NCBI GenBank assembly: GCA_963848295.1
Contig: CAWKDB010000010.1
Span: 4,448,001 to 4,512,000 of the forward strand
Length of the DNA: 64,000 nt
Origin: an uncultured delta proteobacterium
GTDB lineage: Bacteria > Myxococcota_A > Polyangia > Haliangiales > Haliangiaceae
Direction: 5' to 3'
Made by a program: the position numbers and the translations under genes. How positions within the stretch are numbered: position 1 is the first letter of the stretch; each line of letters begins with the position of its first letter. The notes below the pieces were generated by a model. The model searched no databases. It had not been told where the DNA came from and saw only the letters and a list, made by a program, of their open reading frames with translations. Positions 11,775 to 22,280 of this stretch are shown piece by piece.

Positions 11775-12617
11775 TCAGCTCGCTTGCTTCTCGAGCATGA
11801 GAATCTCGGCCTTCGTGAGCGGGAACTCGATCCCGTGCGCACGAAATGCTCGATCGATCGCGAACCGGAGCTTGCTCGACACCGTCGCTTCGTCGCGCGC
11901 TTCGGCGATCCACACGACGAGCGCGAGCTCGATCGCGGAATCGCCGAACCCCTGATGGCGAACCTCGGCGGCGGGCTCGTGGATCACGCCGGGCTCGGCG
12001 GCCGCGACATCGCTCAACACCCCGCTCACTTCGTCGAGATCGGCGTCGTAGCCGACCGGCACCGAGATCCAGATCCGCTGCGACGACGTCGGCACGGTGT
12101 GGTTGATCACCGTCGCCGAGATCAGATTCGCGTTCGGCACGATGACGGTGACGCCGTCGCGCGACAGCACGCGGGTCGCGCGCAAGCCGATGTCTTCGAC
12201 CGTGCCGAGCACGCCGCCGACGTTGATGAAGTCGCCCGAGCGCACCGGGCGTTCGATCAGCAGCAACAGGCCGGAGATGAAGTTCTCGGCGAGCTTCTGC
12301 AAGCCGAAGCCGATGCCGACGAGCAACACCGCGCCGCCCGCCATGATCGCACTGGTGTCGACGCCCATCGTCCCGAGCGCGACGAACGCGCCGATCGTGA
12401 CGATCACGTAGCGCGTGATCTTGCCCACCGCGTGGCGCATCCCGCGATCGAGCCCGCGCGCATCGAGCACGCGTTCGACGCTCCGGCCGATGACGGCCGC
12501 GGCGATCCGCGCGACCACGACGATCGCGACCGCGGCGACGACGGTGAGCGTCGTCACCGGCGTGCCCCCTAGCACGAGGAACGGCGTCCGGAGGTACTGG
12601 AGAATCGTGTCGAGCAT
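11775..12617 (-). CDS. mscS: Small-conductance mechanosensitive channel (MscS family)
   Basis: Three TM helices; GIGFGLQKLAENFISG, GTVEDIGLRAT, VIVPN, IEFP motifs. Confidence 0.92.
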   Translation of the reverse strand: MLDTILQYLRTPFLVLGGTPVTTLTVVAAVAIVVVARIAAAVIGRSVERVLDARGLDRGMRHAVGKITRYVIVTIGAFVALGTMGVDTSAIMAGGAVLLVGIGFGLQKLAENFISGLLLLIERPVRSGDFINVGGVLGTVEDIGLRATRVLSRDGVTVIVPNANLISATVINHTVPTSSQRIWISVPVGYDADLDEVSGVLSDVAAAEPGVIHEPAAEVRHQGFGDSAIELALVVWIAEARDEATVSSKLRFAIDRAFRAHGIEFPLTKAEILMLEKQAS

Positions 12618-12667
12618 GGCGAGCCGACGGTACTGCGCGTCCGACGTCTCGTGGTAGTACGCGGACC

Positions 12668-14716
12668 ATGACTCGACCGACTTCGCTCGTGTTCGCCCTG
12701 CTCGTCGCCACGTCCGCGGGCACGGTCGCCGCCGCGCCGAACAAGGGGCTCACGATCGAGGACATGCTCGCGATGCAGCGGGTGAGCTATCCCGCGGTGT
12801 CGCCGGACGCCAGGCGCGTCGTGTTCGTGGTGCGGGACACCGACTACGATGCCAACCGGGGGCGGAGTCACCTGTGGCTCGCGGCCAGCGACGGCAGCTC
12901 GATCCTGAAGCTGACCGACAACCCCGAGAACGACAGCGACCCGACGTGGTCGCGCGATGGCCGGTGGATCTACTTCATGTCGTGGCGCAGCGGCTCGGGC
13001 CAGGTGTGGCGGATCTCGCCTGATGGCGGCGAGGCCGAGCAGGTCACGAAGCTCCCGATCGACATCAACGGCTTCAAGCTCGTCGGCGACGGCAAGCGGC
13101 TGATCCTCGCGGCCGACGTCTGGCCCGAGGCGAGGTCGCTCGCGGAGTCGGTCAAGCGCGACGAGGCTCGCGCGAAGTCGAAGGTCAAGGCCCAGATCTA
13201 CGACCACCTGTTGTTCCGCCACTGGGATCAGTGGGAAGACGGCAAGTTCTCTCACCTGTTCGCGTGGTCGGACGCGACGCCCGCCGAGGCGCGCGACCTG
13301 ACGCCGGGCATGCTCACCGACACGCCCGAGCATCCGTTCGGCGGGATGGAAGAGATCGACGTCTCGCCCGATGGCACGAAGGTCGCGTATGTCGCGCGCG
13401 TCGTCAGCCGGGACCTGGCGTGGCAGACCAACACCGACGTGTTCTTGACCTCGACCGACGGCCGCAGCAGGCCGGTCGACCTGACCGTGGACAACAAGGC
13501 GTACGACTTCGAGCCGGCGTTCTCGCCGGACGGACGCTCGCTCGCGCTGCGCCGGATGATGCGGCCCGGGTTCGAGTCCGATCGCACGCGCATCGCGGTG
13601 ATCGATCTCGCGACGCGCAAGGAGCGCATCGTGACCGAAGCGTGGGATCGCTCGCCGAGCTCGCTGACGTGGAGCAACGACGGCCGGACGATCTACACGT
13701 CGGCGGATAACTTCGGCAACGAGGCGCTGTTCGCGGTCGATCTGGCGTCGGGTGCGGCGAAGCTGCTCGTCGAGAAAGGCACGAACAACTCGCCGCGCAT
13801 CGCGGGCGATCGCCTCGTGTTCTCGCGCGACACGCTGCGCATGCCGGCCGAGCTGTTCAGCGTCAAGCTCGACGGCAGCGATCTGCGCCAGCTCACGCAC
13901 CTCAACGACGCGCGGGTCAAGGCGATCGCGTGGGGCGACTACGAGCAGTTTTCGTTCAAGGGCGCGAAGGGCGACACGGTCTATGGCTACGTGATGAAGC
14001 CGGCGAACTTCACCGGCCGCAAGGTGCCGGTCGCGTTCCTCATCCATGGCGGGCCGCAGGGCAGCTTCGGCGATCACTTTCACTATCGCTGGAACCCCGA
14101 GGTGTTCGCCGGCCACGGCTACGGCGCGGTGTTCATCGACTTCCACGGCTCGACCGGGTATGGCCAGGCGTTCACGGATGCGATCCGCAACGACTGGGGT
14201 GGGGCGCCGTACGACGATCTGATGATCGGGCTCGACGCCGCGCTCGCGAAGTACCCGTGGCTCGATGGCTCGCGCGCCGCGGCGCTCGGCGCGTCGTTCG
14301 GCGGCTACATGATCAACTACATCAACGGCAAGACCGATCGATTCAAGGCGCTGGTCGTCCACGACGGCAACCTCGACGAACGGATGGCGTACTTCGAGAC
14401 CGAGGAGCTGTGGTTTCCCGAGTGGGAGCATGGCGGCACGCCGTGGGACAAGCCCGAAGGCTTCACGAAGCACAGCCCGATCGAGCTCGTGAAGAACTGG
14501 AAGACCCCGACGCTCGTGATCCACGGCGGGCTCGATTACCGGATCGCCGACTCGCAAGGCATGGCGACGTTCACCGCGTTGCAACGCAAGGGCATCCCGA
14601 GCCGGTTCATCCACTTCCCCGACGAGAACCATTGGGTCCGGAAGCCGCAGAACTCCAAGCTCTGGCACGACGAAGTGTTCGCGTGGATCGATCGATGGAC
14701 CGGCACCAAGCGATGA
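12668..14716 (+). CDS. Secreted S9 family peptidase (dipeptidyl/acylaminoacyl peptidase)
   Basis: Signal peptide; PD40-like propeller repeats; IHGGPQ, GASFGG nucleophile, HGGLDYR, FPDENH. Confidence 0.95.
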   Translation: MTRPTSLVFALLVATSAGTVAAAPNKGLTIEDMLAMQRVSYPAVSPDARRVVFVVRDTDYDANRGRSHLWLAASDGSSILKLTDNPENDSDPTWSRDGRWIYFMSWRSGSGQVWRISPDGGEAEQVTKLPIDINGFKLVGDGKRLILAADVWPEARSLAESVKRDEARAKSKVKAQIYDHLLFRHWDQWEDGKFSHLFAWSDATPAEARDLTPGMLTDTPEHPFGGMEEIDVSPDGTKVAYVARVVSRDLAWQTNTDVFLTSTDGRSRPVDLTVDNKAYDFEPAFSPDGRSLALRRMMRPGFESDRTRIAVIDLATRKERIVTEAWDRSPSSLTWSNDGRTIYTSADNFGNEALFAVDLASGAAKLLVEKGTNNSPRIAGDRLVFSRDTLRMPAELFSVKLDGSDLRQLTHLNDARVKAIAWGDYEQFSFKGAKGDTVYGYVMKPANFTGRKVPVAFLIHGGPQGSFGDHFHYRWNPEVFAGHGYGAVFIDFHGSTGYGQAFTDAIRNDWGGAPYDDLMIGLDAALAKYPWLDGSRAAALGASFGGYMINYINGKTDRFKALVVHDGNLDERMAYFETEELWFPEWEHGGTPWDKPEGFTKHSPIELVKNWKTPTLVIHGGLDYRIADSQGMATFTALQRKGIPSRFIHFPDENHWVRKPQNSKLWHDEVFAWIDRWTGTKR

Positions 14717-15228
14717 GCCATCTCGACGAACCGGCGTTCGAACGCGCGATCGCGAGCTGCGCGAAGTGCCACGGCACGACGTTCGATGTAGCGACGTACG
14801 TCGATCGCCATCTCCCGGTGATGCTCGGCGAGCGCAACAACGACGGCCGCTGGGCCCACGATGGCGAGAAGCTGATCGATGGCGTCTATCGCATCACGTG
14901 TGTCGCGTGTGGCGCCACCGCGTACGACTCGCCGGATTGCCCGCGTTGCCACCGCGCCGGCGCGCTCGCCGAGGCGCTCGACACCGAGTCGCGGCTCGTC
15001 GTGCCGAAGCGCTGCCCGACGTGCAAGGGCACCGAGGTCGGGGTCGTCGGCTTCGCACCCGCGACGGTACGCACCGGCGCGGGCAAACCCTCGCCGTCGC
15101 CGAACGCGTTGCTCGGCGAGGTCGGATTTCACGTCATCGCGATCGCGTGCGACAGCTGCGACTGGGCGATCGTCGCCGATGGTTGCCCGTTGTGCGGCAA
15201 GGCGCCGCCGCTCCGCCCGCGACCGTAG
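14713..15228 (+). CDS. Hypothetical multi-Zn-ribbon protein (six CxxC)
   Basis: ATGA overlap with peptidase stop; CAKC, CVAC, CPRC, CPTC, CDSC, CPLC; no signal peptide. Confidence 0.75.
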   Translation: MSHLDEPAFERAIASCAKCHGTTFDVATYVDRHLPVMLGERNNDGRWAHDGEKLIDGVYRITCVACGATAYDSPDCPRCHRAGALAEALDTESRLVVPKRCPTCKGTEVGVVGFAPATVRTGAGKPSPSPNALLGEVGFHVIAIACDSCDWAIVADGCPLCGKAPPLRPRP

Positions 15229-15230
15229 CT

Positions 15231-16097
15231 CTACTGCTTTCCGCCGGCCGTCGAGTACAGCGCCGGTGTCGGCTGCGGCGCGCTGTCGGCGCGCGCGAAC
15301 GCCTCGGCGTCCGACGGAAACGTCCCGCCGCGCACTTCGGTCACGTACTGGCCGACCGCGTCCTTGATCGTCGTGCCGAGCGTCGCGAACCGGCGCACGA
15401 ACCGCGGCTTGAACGCTTCGTTCATGCCGAGCATGTCGTACGACACGAGCACCTGGCCGTCGCACGCCGCGCCCGCGCCGATGCCGATCGTCGGCACCGA
15501 CACCGACTCGGTGATCTCGCGCGCGATGTCACTCGGGATCGCCTCGAGCACGATCGCGTAGGCGCCGGCCGCTTCGAGCGCGAGCGCATCCGCGATCAGC
15601 CGCTGCCGTCCGCCCGCTTCACGGCCCTGGACCTTGAAGCCGCCGAGCTGATGCACCGACTGCGGGGTCAGGCCGATGTGGCCCATCACCGGGATGCCGG
15701 CCGCGACGAGCCGGGCCACGAGCTCGGCGTGAACCGCGCCGCCCTCGAGCTTGACCGAGTGGCAGCCGCCTTCCTTGATCAGCTTGCCGGCGTTCGCGAT
15801 GCCTTGCTCGATCGACGTCTGATACGTCATGAACGGCATGTCGCCGACGACGTGTGCCCGGGTCGTGCCGCGCACCACCGCGCGACAGTGATAGGCCATC
15901 TCGTCGAGCGTGACCGGCAACGTGGTGTCGTGGCCTTGCACGACCATGCCGAGCGAATCGCCGACGAGCAGGACGTCGGCTCCGGCCTCGTCGAACAGCC
16001 GCGCGAACGTCGCGTCGTACGCGGTCAGGACGGCGATCTTCTCGCCGCGCTCTTTCATCTGCCGGATGGTGGTGATGGTGACGCGTTGCGCCTTCAT
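15231..16097 (-). CDS. panB: 3-methyl-2-oxobutanoate hydroxymethyltransferase
   Basis: [50 protein letters not shown] before ATG 16097. Confidence 0.97.
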   Translation of the reverse strand: MKAQRVTITTIRQMKERGEKIAVLTAYDATFARLFDEAGADVLLVGDSLGMVVQGHDTTLPVTLDEMAYHCRAVVRGTTRAHVVGDMPFMTYQTSIEQGIANAGKLIKEGGCHSVKLEGGAVHAELVARLVAAGIPVMGHIGLTPQSVHQLGGFKVQGREAGGRQRLIADALALEAAGAYAIVLEAIPSDIAREITESVSVPTIGIGAGAACDGQVLVSYDMLGMNEAFKPRFVRRFATLGTTIKDAVGQYVTEVRGGTFPSDAEAFARADSAPQPTPALYSTAGGKQ

Positions 16098-16268
16098 TCC
16101 GCCCTTCCTTTCATTGTCAGTGATTCGGCTTCTCGGTCGCGCGCCGGACCATCCGGCTACACGCTTCGATCGATCACGTAGCCCGACCGTACCACGAGGT
16201 GACGCCACCGGCGCAAGGCGTGAAACTGGTGGGAATCGTTCAGATCCGAGCGGTGGTACGCTGGCGCG

Positions 16269-16529
16269 ATGGCCCTCACCCAGCGCGAGCTCGAGCAGCT
16301 CGAGTGGAAGCTGAAGAAGCGCGGGTTTCGCCGCGACGACGTCCTGCTCCACGAGTGCGAGAGCTGCAAGGAGAAGGCGGTCGCGACCTACGTGATCGCG
16401 GGCAAGAGCGGCGGGCGCGATATCTCGCTGTGTCTGGAGTGCGGCGTGGCGCGGTCGTGGCGCAGCGCCGCCGGCTTGGAATCGCGCGTCGAAGAAGACG
16501 GCTTCGATCTCGGCGCGTTCTTGCGATGA
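16269..16529 (+). CDS. Small Zn-ribbon protein
   Basis: 86 aa with CESC and CLEC; TACGCT 6 nt upstream; ATGA-coupled to next gene. Confidence 0.75.
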   Translation: MALTQRELEQLEWKLKKRGFRRDDVLLHECESCKEKAVATYVIAGKSGGRDISLCLECGVARSWRSAAGLESRVEEDGFDLGAFLR

Positions 16530-17479
16530 GCCCGGCGACCGATCCGCTCAGGGCGAAGCTGTCGGCGCTGCGCACGACGACCTCGCTCGCCGAGGTTCGC
16601 GCGGCGATGACCGCGATGAACGGCATCGTCGTCGCCGCGGCGGCCAAGCGGATCGCGGCCGATGGTCCATTCGCCGCGCTCGCCGAGGAGCTGCCCGCGG
16701 CGTTCGAGCGGTTGCTCGACAAGCCGGTCAAGCGCGATCCGACCTGCGCCGGCAAGATCGCGATCGCGCGCACGCTGTACGATCTCGAGCGCTGGGATCC
16801 GCTGTTCGCGGTCGGCGCGCGCTACGTCCAGCTCGAGCCGGCGTACGGCAAGCCGGTCGACACCGCGGGCGAGCTGCGCGCGATCTGCGGGTTCGCACAC
16901 GCGCACTTCGCACGACCGAACGCGCTCGACGTGCTCGCCGAGCTGCTCGCCGACTCCGAGCTGCAGACGCGAACCGCCGCCGCCCGCGCGCTCGGTGACA
17001 CGGGCCGTGATGGCGCAGCGGCACTGCTCCGCTTCAAGCTGTTGACCGGCGATCTCGACCCCGAGGTGCTCGCCGCGTGTTGCGAGTCAGTGCTGTCGAT
17101 CCAGCAAGCCGATGCGATCGAGCTCGTCGCGCGCATGCTCGAGCGCGCGGATCAGCGCGCCGAGGTGTGCGCGGTCGCGCTCGGGGCTTCGCGGCTCGCC
17201 GCGGCGGTCGCGCCGCTCGTCGCGTATTGCGACAGTGTGTTGCCCGAGACGCGTCGGCGGGTTGCATATCTCGCGCTCGCGCTGACGCGCGCGGAACCAG
17301 CGACCGCGCGGCTGTGCGACGTGATCGCGACCGGCGCCGACGCCGATGCGCTCGCGGCCGCGGGCGCGCTGTCGACGTTTCGCGACATCCCGGCGGTGTG
17401 CGAGCAAGTACGCACCGCGGCGCGCAAGCAGCCGGCGAAGCTCCGCGCGAAGCTCGACGCGTTGATGGCCGGCGGTTAG
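16526..17479 (+). CDS. HEAT-repeat-like protein
   Basis: Ala/Leu-rich helical repeats ([21 protein letters not shown]); ATG 16526. Confidence 0.72.
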   Translation: MSPATDPLRAKLSALRTTTSLAEVRAAMTAMNGIVVAAAAKRIAADGPFAALAEELPAAFERLLDKPVKRDPTCAGKIAIARTLYDLERWDPLFAVGARYVQLEPAYGKPVDTAGELRAICGFAHAHFARPNALDVLAELLADSELQTRTAAARALGDTGRDGAAALLRFKLLTGDLDPEVLAACCESVLSIQQADAIELVARMLERADQRAEVCAVALGASRLAAAVAPLVAYCDSVLPETRRRVAYLALALTRAEPATARLCDVIATGADADALAAAGALSTFRDIPAVCEQVRTAARKQPAKLRAKLDALMAGG

Positions 17480-17515
17480 TCACGCAACGCGCGGCGGCTG
17501 CGATAGCATGGACTC

Positions 17516-18265
17516 ATGTGGGCACGTGGCGTCGTCCTCTGCGTGGTCGGCTGCGGGTTCACCGCGCCAGACTCACCGAACGGCGTCGTCGATGCCCCGG
17601 TCGTCGACAGTCCCGGCGAGTCGGTCGACGCGCCGCCGGATGGCCCACCGATCGCGATCGAGTTCGTCCAGGGCGATGGCACGGTCACGGGCGACGCGTC
17701 GGCGATCGACCTCGACTATCCGATGCCGCAAGTCGCCGGCGATCTCGACCTGATCGCGGTGAACTGGGCGCACGCCGGGACGAGCGTCGGCACCGTGACC
17801 GACACCGCCGGCAACACGTTCACGCTCGTCGGGTCGAAGGTCGTGCAGGGCGACGAGACACTGGCGCTCTACTACGCGACGAAGATCGCGGCCGGCGCCG
17901 ACAAGGTGACGGTGACGTTCAGCGGTGGCAACGGTGGCGCGCCCGAGCTCAAGGTCGCCGAGTATTCGGGAATCGACAGCGCGAATCCGATCGATGTCGT
18001 TGCCGCGAGCTCCGCGCCCAACGGGACCACCGCCGACAGCGGGCCGCTGACCACGACGCACTGGCACGACGTCCTGATCGCGGCGGTCAGCTGCCAGAGC
18101 AGCGTCGCCGGTCACGACGCCGCCTACACGGAAGACGAATTGGTCGCCGGTGACATTCTCGAGCGCCGCGAGGTCACCGCGCTCGGCACGTATCACGCGA
18201 CCGCGCCGCTCGCGGGGAACTTCTTCTGGCTGGCCGAGCTCATCGCGTTTCGCGCGGCGCAGTGA
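17516..18265 (+). CDS. Lipoprotein with beta-rich extracellular domain
   Basis: Lipobox VVGC; D/A/P-rich linker; VTDTAGNTF and EYSG beta-sandwich-like motifs. Confidence 0.75.
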   Translation: MWARGVVLCVVGCGFTAPDSPNGVVDAPVVDSPGESVDAPPDGPPIAIEFVQGDGTVTGDASAIDLDYPMPQVAGDLDLIAVNWAHAGTSVGTVTDTAGNTFTLVGSKVVQGDETLALYYATKIAAGADKVTVTFSGGNGGAPELKVAEYSGIDSANPIDVVAASSAPNGTTADSGPLTTTHWHDVLIAAVSCQSSVAGHDAAYTEDELVAGDILERREVTALGTYHATAPLAGNFFWLAELIAFRAAQ

Positions 18266-18299
18266 CATTGGAGGGTGAAGCGCCTCTCCCTCCTGGCGG

Positions 18300-18527
18300 T
18301 CAGCCTGGCGTCGCGGCGCGCACGGCGGCGACGATGTCACGCGGCTCCGGAAAACGCCCGCCGGTCTTCTCCGCCACCTTGACGCCATCGACCCACACGC
18401 TGAGCTCGCCCGAGCTCCCCACTTCGATCTGCGCGTCGAGCCCGAGCTCCTTCTTGATATGCGCTGCCGCCCGGGCAGCGTGTGGCTTGTAGCCTCAGGA
18501 ATTGCAGTAGCGGATCTTGATCGTCAT
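18300..18527 (-). CDS. Rdx (SelW/SelT/SelH) family selenoprotein, 75 aa, CxxU
   Basis: Manual translation MTIKIRYCNS-U(TGA 18497-18495)-GYKPHAARAAAHIKKELGLDAQIEVGSSGELSVWVDGVKVAEKTGGRFPEPRDIVAAVRAATPG. Matches Rdx pattern IxYCxxCGY...GxFxVxVDG...K...FP. Absent from ORF track. Confidence 0.9.
18462..18480 (-). promoter_or_regulatory. Putative bacterial SECIS element
   Basis: CGCTGCC-CGGGC-GGCAGCG perfect 7-bp stem; apical loop begins 21 nt after the UGA and has G at position 2. Confidence 0.7.
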
Positions 18528-18587
18528 CTCGATAACTGTAGCAGGCTCGAACCGATCACGGGCTGCAGTCTTGCGGACAGGCGGCCC

Positions 18588-21500
18588 CTAGGACGTGAGG
18601 TTCGACGGGATCATCCGCTCGATCGCGGCGAGCGGCAGCGCGAATCGGCGCGCGTAATCAGCGATCTGATCGCGGCCCAGCCGGCCGATCGCGAAGTACT
18701 TCGAGCCGGGGTGCGCGAAGTAGATGCCGGACACCGACGCCGTCGGATACATCGCGAAGCTCTCGGTCAACGCGACACCATGGTGCGCGGCGTGGCCCAG
18801 CAGCTCGAACAGGAGCTGCTTCGGCGTGTGATCCGGGCACGCGGGATAGCCGAACGCCGGGCGAATGCCGCGATACGCCTCCGCGAGGATCTGCTCGCGG
18901 CTCAACGCCTCGCCGGGATACCACTCGTCGCGCACGCGGTGGTGCAAGTACTCGGCGGCGGCTTCGGCGAGCCGATCGGCGAGGGCCTTGACGATGATCG
19001 CGGAGTAGTCGTCGTTCGCGCGCTCGTACGCGCCGGCGAGCTCGTCGGTGCCGATGCCCGCGGTGACGATGAACCCGCCGAGGTGGTCGCGCGGCACGCC
19101 GTTCGCGAGCGGAGCGATAAAATCTGCGAGCGATAGGCAGACCTCTTTGTCTTCTTGCTGGCGCAACATCGGGAACCGCGCGACCTGCACTGCGCCATCG
19201 GGCGAATACACCGCGATGTCATCTCCGTTCGACGCCGCCGGGAAATAGCCGTAGGTCGCGCGCGCCTGTAGCGATTGGTTCGCGAGGATCTTGCCGAGCA
19301 TGTCCTGCGCGTCGGCGAACAGCTTGCGCGCGGCCTCGCCCTTTTTCGGATCGTCGAGGATCGCGGGATAGCGGCCGGACAGCTCCCACGTGTGGAAGAA
19401 CGGCGACCAGTCGATCCAGGTCGCGAGCTCGGCGACATCGAGCGTGAGGTCGCGGACGCCGGTGAACGGCGGCGTCGGGAGCGACTCGAAGTCGAGCTGC
19501 AAGCGGCGCGCGCGTGCATCCGCGAACGACAACAGCGGGCGCTTCTGCTGTTGCACGAACGCCGCGCGCATCTGTACCTGCTTCGCCTCGACCTCGGCGA
19601 GGTAGGTCGCGCGGTCACTGCCGAGCAGCTTGCCGAGCACGCCGACCGCGAGCGATGCGTCGGGCACGTGGACCGTCGCGCCGTGATAAGCGGGCGCGAT
19701 CTTCACCGCGGTGTGCTTGCCGCTCGTGGTCGCGCCGCCGATCAGCAGCGGCGTCTTCAGTCCGCGCCGCGTCATCTCGTTCGCGACGTTGATCATCTCG
19801 TCGAGCGACGGCGTGATCAGACCCGACAAGCCGATCAGATCCGCGCCGAGCTCGGCCGCGGTGTCGAGGATCTTGTGGCCCGGCACCATCACGCCGAGAT
19901 CGGTGACCTCGTAGCCGTTGCAGCGTAGCACGACGCCGACGATGTTCTTGCCGATGTCGTGAACATCGCCCTTGACCGTCGCGATCACGAGCTTGCCCTT
20001 CGACGACTTGTCGCCGGTGCGCGCCTTCTCCGCGTCCATCAGCGGCTCGAGGATCGCGACCGCCTTCTTCATGACGCGCGCTGACTTCACGACCTGCGGT
20101 AAGAACATCTTGCCGGAGCCGAACAGCTCGCCGACGACGTTCATCCCGTCCATCAACGGCTGCTCGATGATGTCGAGTGGCTTCGCGTAGACGGTCAGCG
20201 CCTCGGCGATGTCGACGTCGATGAAGTCGGTGATGCCGTTGACCAGCGCGTGCGCGAGCCGAGCCGCGAGCGGCGCTTGTCGCCATACGAGCTCGTCTTC
20301 CTTTTTCTCGGTCGCGCCCGCGAACCCCGCGGCGAGCGAGAGCATCCGCTCGGTCGCGTTCGGGCTGCGGTTCAGCACAAGGTCTTCGACCGCCTCGCGC
20401 AGCGTCGGATCGAGCTGCTCGTAGACCGCGAGCTGACCGGCATTGACGATCGCCATGTCGAGGCCGGCCTGGATCGCGTGGTAGAGGAACACCGCGTGCA
20501 TCGCTTCGCGCACGCGCGGCGACGTGCGGAACGCGAACGACAGGTTCGAGACGCCGCCGGAGATCTTCACGCCGGGCAGCGCCGCTTTGATCGCGCGGAT
20601 CGAGGCGATGAAGCTGACCGCGTACGAGTCGTGCTCCTCGATGCCGGTGCCGATCGTGAGGATGTTCGGATCGAAGATGATGTCCTCGGCGGGGAACCCG
20701 ACGGTCTCGGTCAACAGCTTGTAGGCGCGCTTCGCGATCACGAGGCGATGTTCGACCGTCGTGGCCTGGCCGGTCTCGTCGAACGCCATCACGACGACCG
20801 CCGCGCCGAAGCTGCGCACGATCCGCGCCTGGCGCAAGAACTCGGCTTCGCCTTCCTTGAGCGAGATCGAGTTGACGACGCCCTTGCCCTGCAAGCACGC
20901 GAGCCCGGCTTCGATCACGCTGAACTTCGACGAGTCGATCATCACCGGCAGCCGGGCGATGTCCGGCTCCGACGCGATCAAGTTCAGGAATCGCTTCATC
21001 GCGGCGACGCCGTCGAGCATGCCTTCGTCCATGCAGACGTCGAGGATGTTCGCGCCGCCCTCGACTTGCTGGCGCGCGACCGCGACCGCCTCGTCGAACT
21101 TGTCGTCCTTGATCAGCCGGCGAAATGCGGCCGAGCCGGTGACGTTCGTGCGCTCGCCGATGATGATGAAGTTGGACTCCGGAGTGATCGTGAGCGGCTC
21201 GAGCCCGCTCATCCGGGTGAACCGCGGTGGCTTCGCTGGCTTGCGCGGCGCGACGCCGTCGACCGCGGCGCGGATCGCTTTGATGTGCTCGGGCCGCGTG
21301 CCGCAGCAGCCGCCGACGAAGTTGAGCAGGCCTTCGCGCGCGAACGCGCCGAGCACCTTTGCCATGTGCTCGGGCGTGTCGTCGTAACCGCCGAACTCGT
21401 TCGGCAGGCCCGCGTTCGGATAACACGCGGTCGGCAGGCCCGCGATCCGCGACATCTCGGCGACGTGCGGCCGCATATCGTCGGCGCCGAGCGCGCAGTT

Positions 21501-22229
21501 GATGCTGACCGCGAGCAGCTTCGCGTGGCTGATCGAGTTGTAGAACGCCTCGATCGTCTGACCCGACAGCGTGCGGCCCGAGCGATCCGGGATCGTCACC
21601 GACGCGATCACCGGCACGCGCCGCACGCCGCGCGCGAACAGCTGCTCGATCGCGTACAGCGCCGCCTTGCAGTTCAGCGTGTCGATGTGGGTCTCGGTCA
21701 GGATCAGATCGACGCCGCCCTCGATCAGCGCCTCGGCTTGCTCGCCGAACATCGCGGCGAGCTCGTGAAACGTCACCGCGCGCGCGCCAGGGTCGTTGAC
21801 ATCGGGCGACAGCGACGCGGACTTCGTCGTCGGGCCGATCGAGCCCGCGACCCAACGCGGCCGGCCATCTTCGCGCTCGGCGCGGTCGCACGCCCGGCGC
21901 GCGATGTGCGCGGCGGCGAGGTTGATCTCTCGCACCTTGCCGGCGAGCCCGAAGTCGGCGAGCGCGACCGAGGTCGCGGTGAACGTATCGGTCTCGATGA
22001 TGTCGGTGCCGGCGCGCAGGAACGCGAGGTGGATGTCCTCGATGATCTCCGGCCGGCTCAGCACGAGCGCATCGCCGCAGCCCTTGATCGAGTCGGGGTG
22101 GTCCTTGAAGTAGTCGCCGCGCCACGCCGCTTCGTCCGCGAGCCCGGCGGCCTGGATCATCGTGCCCATCGCGCCATCGAGCACGGCGATCCGTCGCTGC
22201 AACAGCTCGGTGAGGCGATCCGCGGACAT
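18588..22229 (-). CDS. metH: B12-dependent methionine synthase
   Basis: [63 protein letters not shown]. Confidence 0.98.
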   Translation of the reverse strand: MSADRLTELLQRRIAVLDGAMGTMIQAAGLADEAAWRGDYFKDHPDSIKGCGDALVLSRPEIIEDIHLAFLRAGTDIIETDTFTATSVALADFGLAGKVREINLAAAHIARRACDRAEREDGRPRWVAGSIGPTTKSASLSPDVNDPGARAVTFHELAAMFGEQAEALIEGGVDLILTETHIDTLNCKAALYAIEQLFARGVRRVPVIASVTIPDRSGRTLSGQTIEAFYNSISHAKLLAVSINCALGADDMRPHVAEMSRIAGLPTACYPNAGLPNEFGGYDDTPEHMAKVLGAFAREGLLNFVGGCCGTRPEHIKAIRAAVDGVAPRKPAKPPRFTRMSGLEPLTITPESNFIIIGERTNVTGSAAFRRLIKDDKFDEAVAVARQQVEGGANILDVCMDEGMLDGVAAMKRFLNLIASEPDIARLPVMIDSSKFSVIEAGLACLQGKGVVNSISLKEGEAEFLRQARIVRSFGAAVVVMAFDETGQATTVEHRLVIAKRAYKLLTETVGFPAEDIIFDPNILTIGTGIEEHDSYAVSFIASIRAIKAALPGVKISGGVSNLSFAFRTSPRVREAMHAVFLYHAIQAGLDMAIVNAGQLAVYEQLDPTLREAVEDLVLNRSPNATERMLSLAAGFAGATEKKEDELVWRQAPLAARLAHALVNGITDFIDVDIAEALTVYAKPLDIIEQPLMDGMNVVGELFGSGKMFLPQVVKSARVMKKAVAILEPLMDAEKARTGDKSSKGKLVIATVKGDVHDIGKNIVGVVLRCNGYEVTDLGVMVPGHKILDTAAELGADLIGLSGLITPSLDEMINVANEMTRRGLKTPLLIGGATTSGKHTAVKIAPAYHGATVHVPDASLAVGVLGKLLGSDRATYLAEVEAKQVQMRAAFVQQQKRPLLSFADARARRLQLDFESLPTPPFTGVRDLTLDVAELATWIDWSPFFHTWELSGRYPAILDDPKKGEAARKLFADAQDMLGKILANQSLQARATYGYFPAASNGDDIAVYSPDGAVQVARFPMLRQQEDKEVCLSLADFIAPLANGVPRDHLGGFIVTAGIGTDELAGAYERANDDYSAIIVKALADRLAEAAAEYLHHRVRDEWYPGEALSREQILAEAYRGIRPAFGYPACPDHTPKQLLFELLGHAAHHGVALTESFAMYPTASVSGIYFAHPGSKYFAIGRLGRDQIADYARRFALPLAAIERMIPSNLTS

Positions 22230-22280
22230 CAGGCGTACTTACCACGCCGTTATCGCGGACACACGTCTAGTGCTACGGGC

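Noticed and set aside
14713..15228. Two CxxCH motifs (CAKCH, CPRCH) suggesting a c-type cytochrome
   Set aside because: There is no signal peptide and four other CxxC pairs lack His, so a Zn-ribbon reading fits better.
18262..18492. Plus-strand 76-aa ORF in the ORF track
   Set aside because: It is the antisense shadow of the Rdx selenoprotein gene.
22230..22280. Cobalamin or SAM riboswitch before metH
   Set aside because: The gap is only 51 bp and has no recognisable conserved core.
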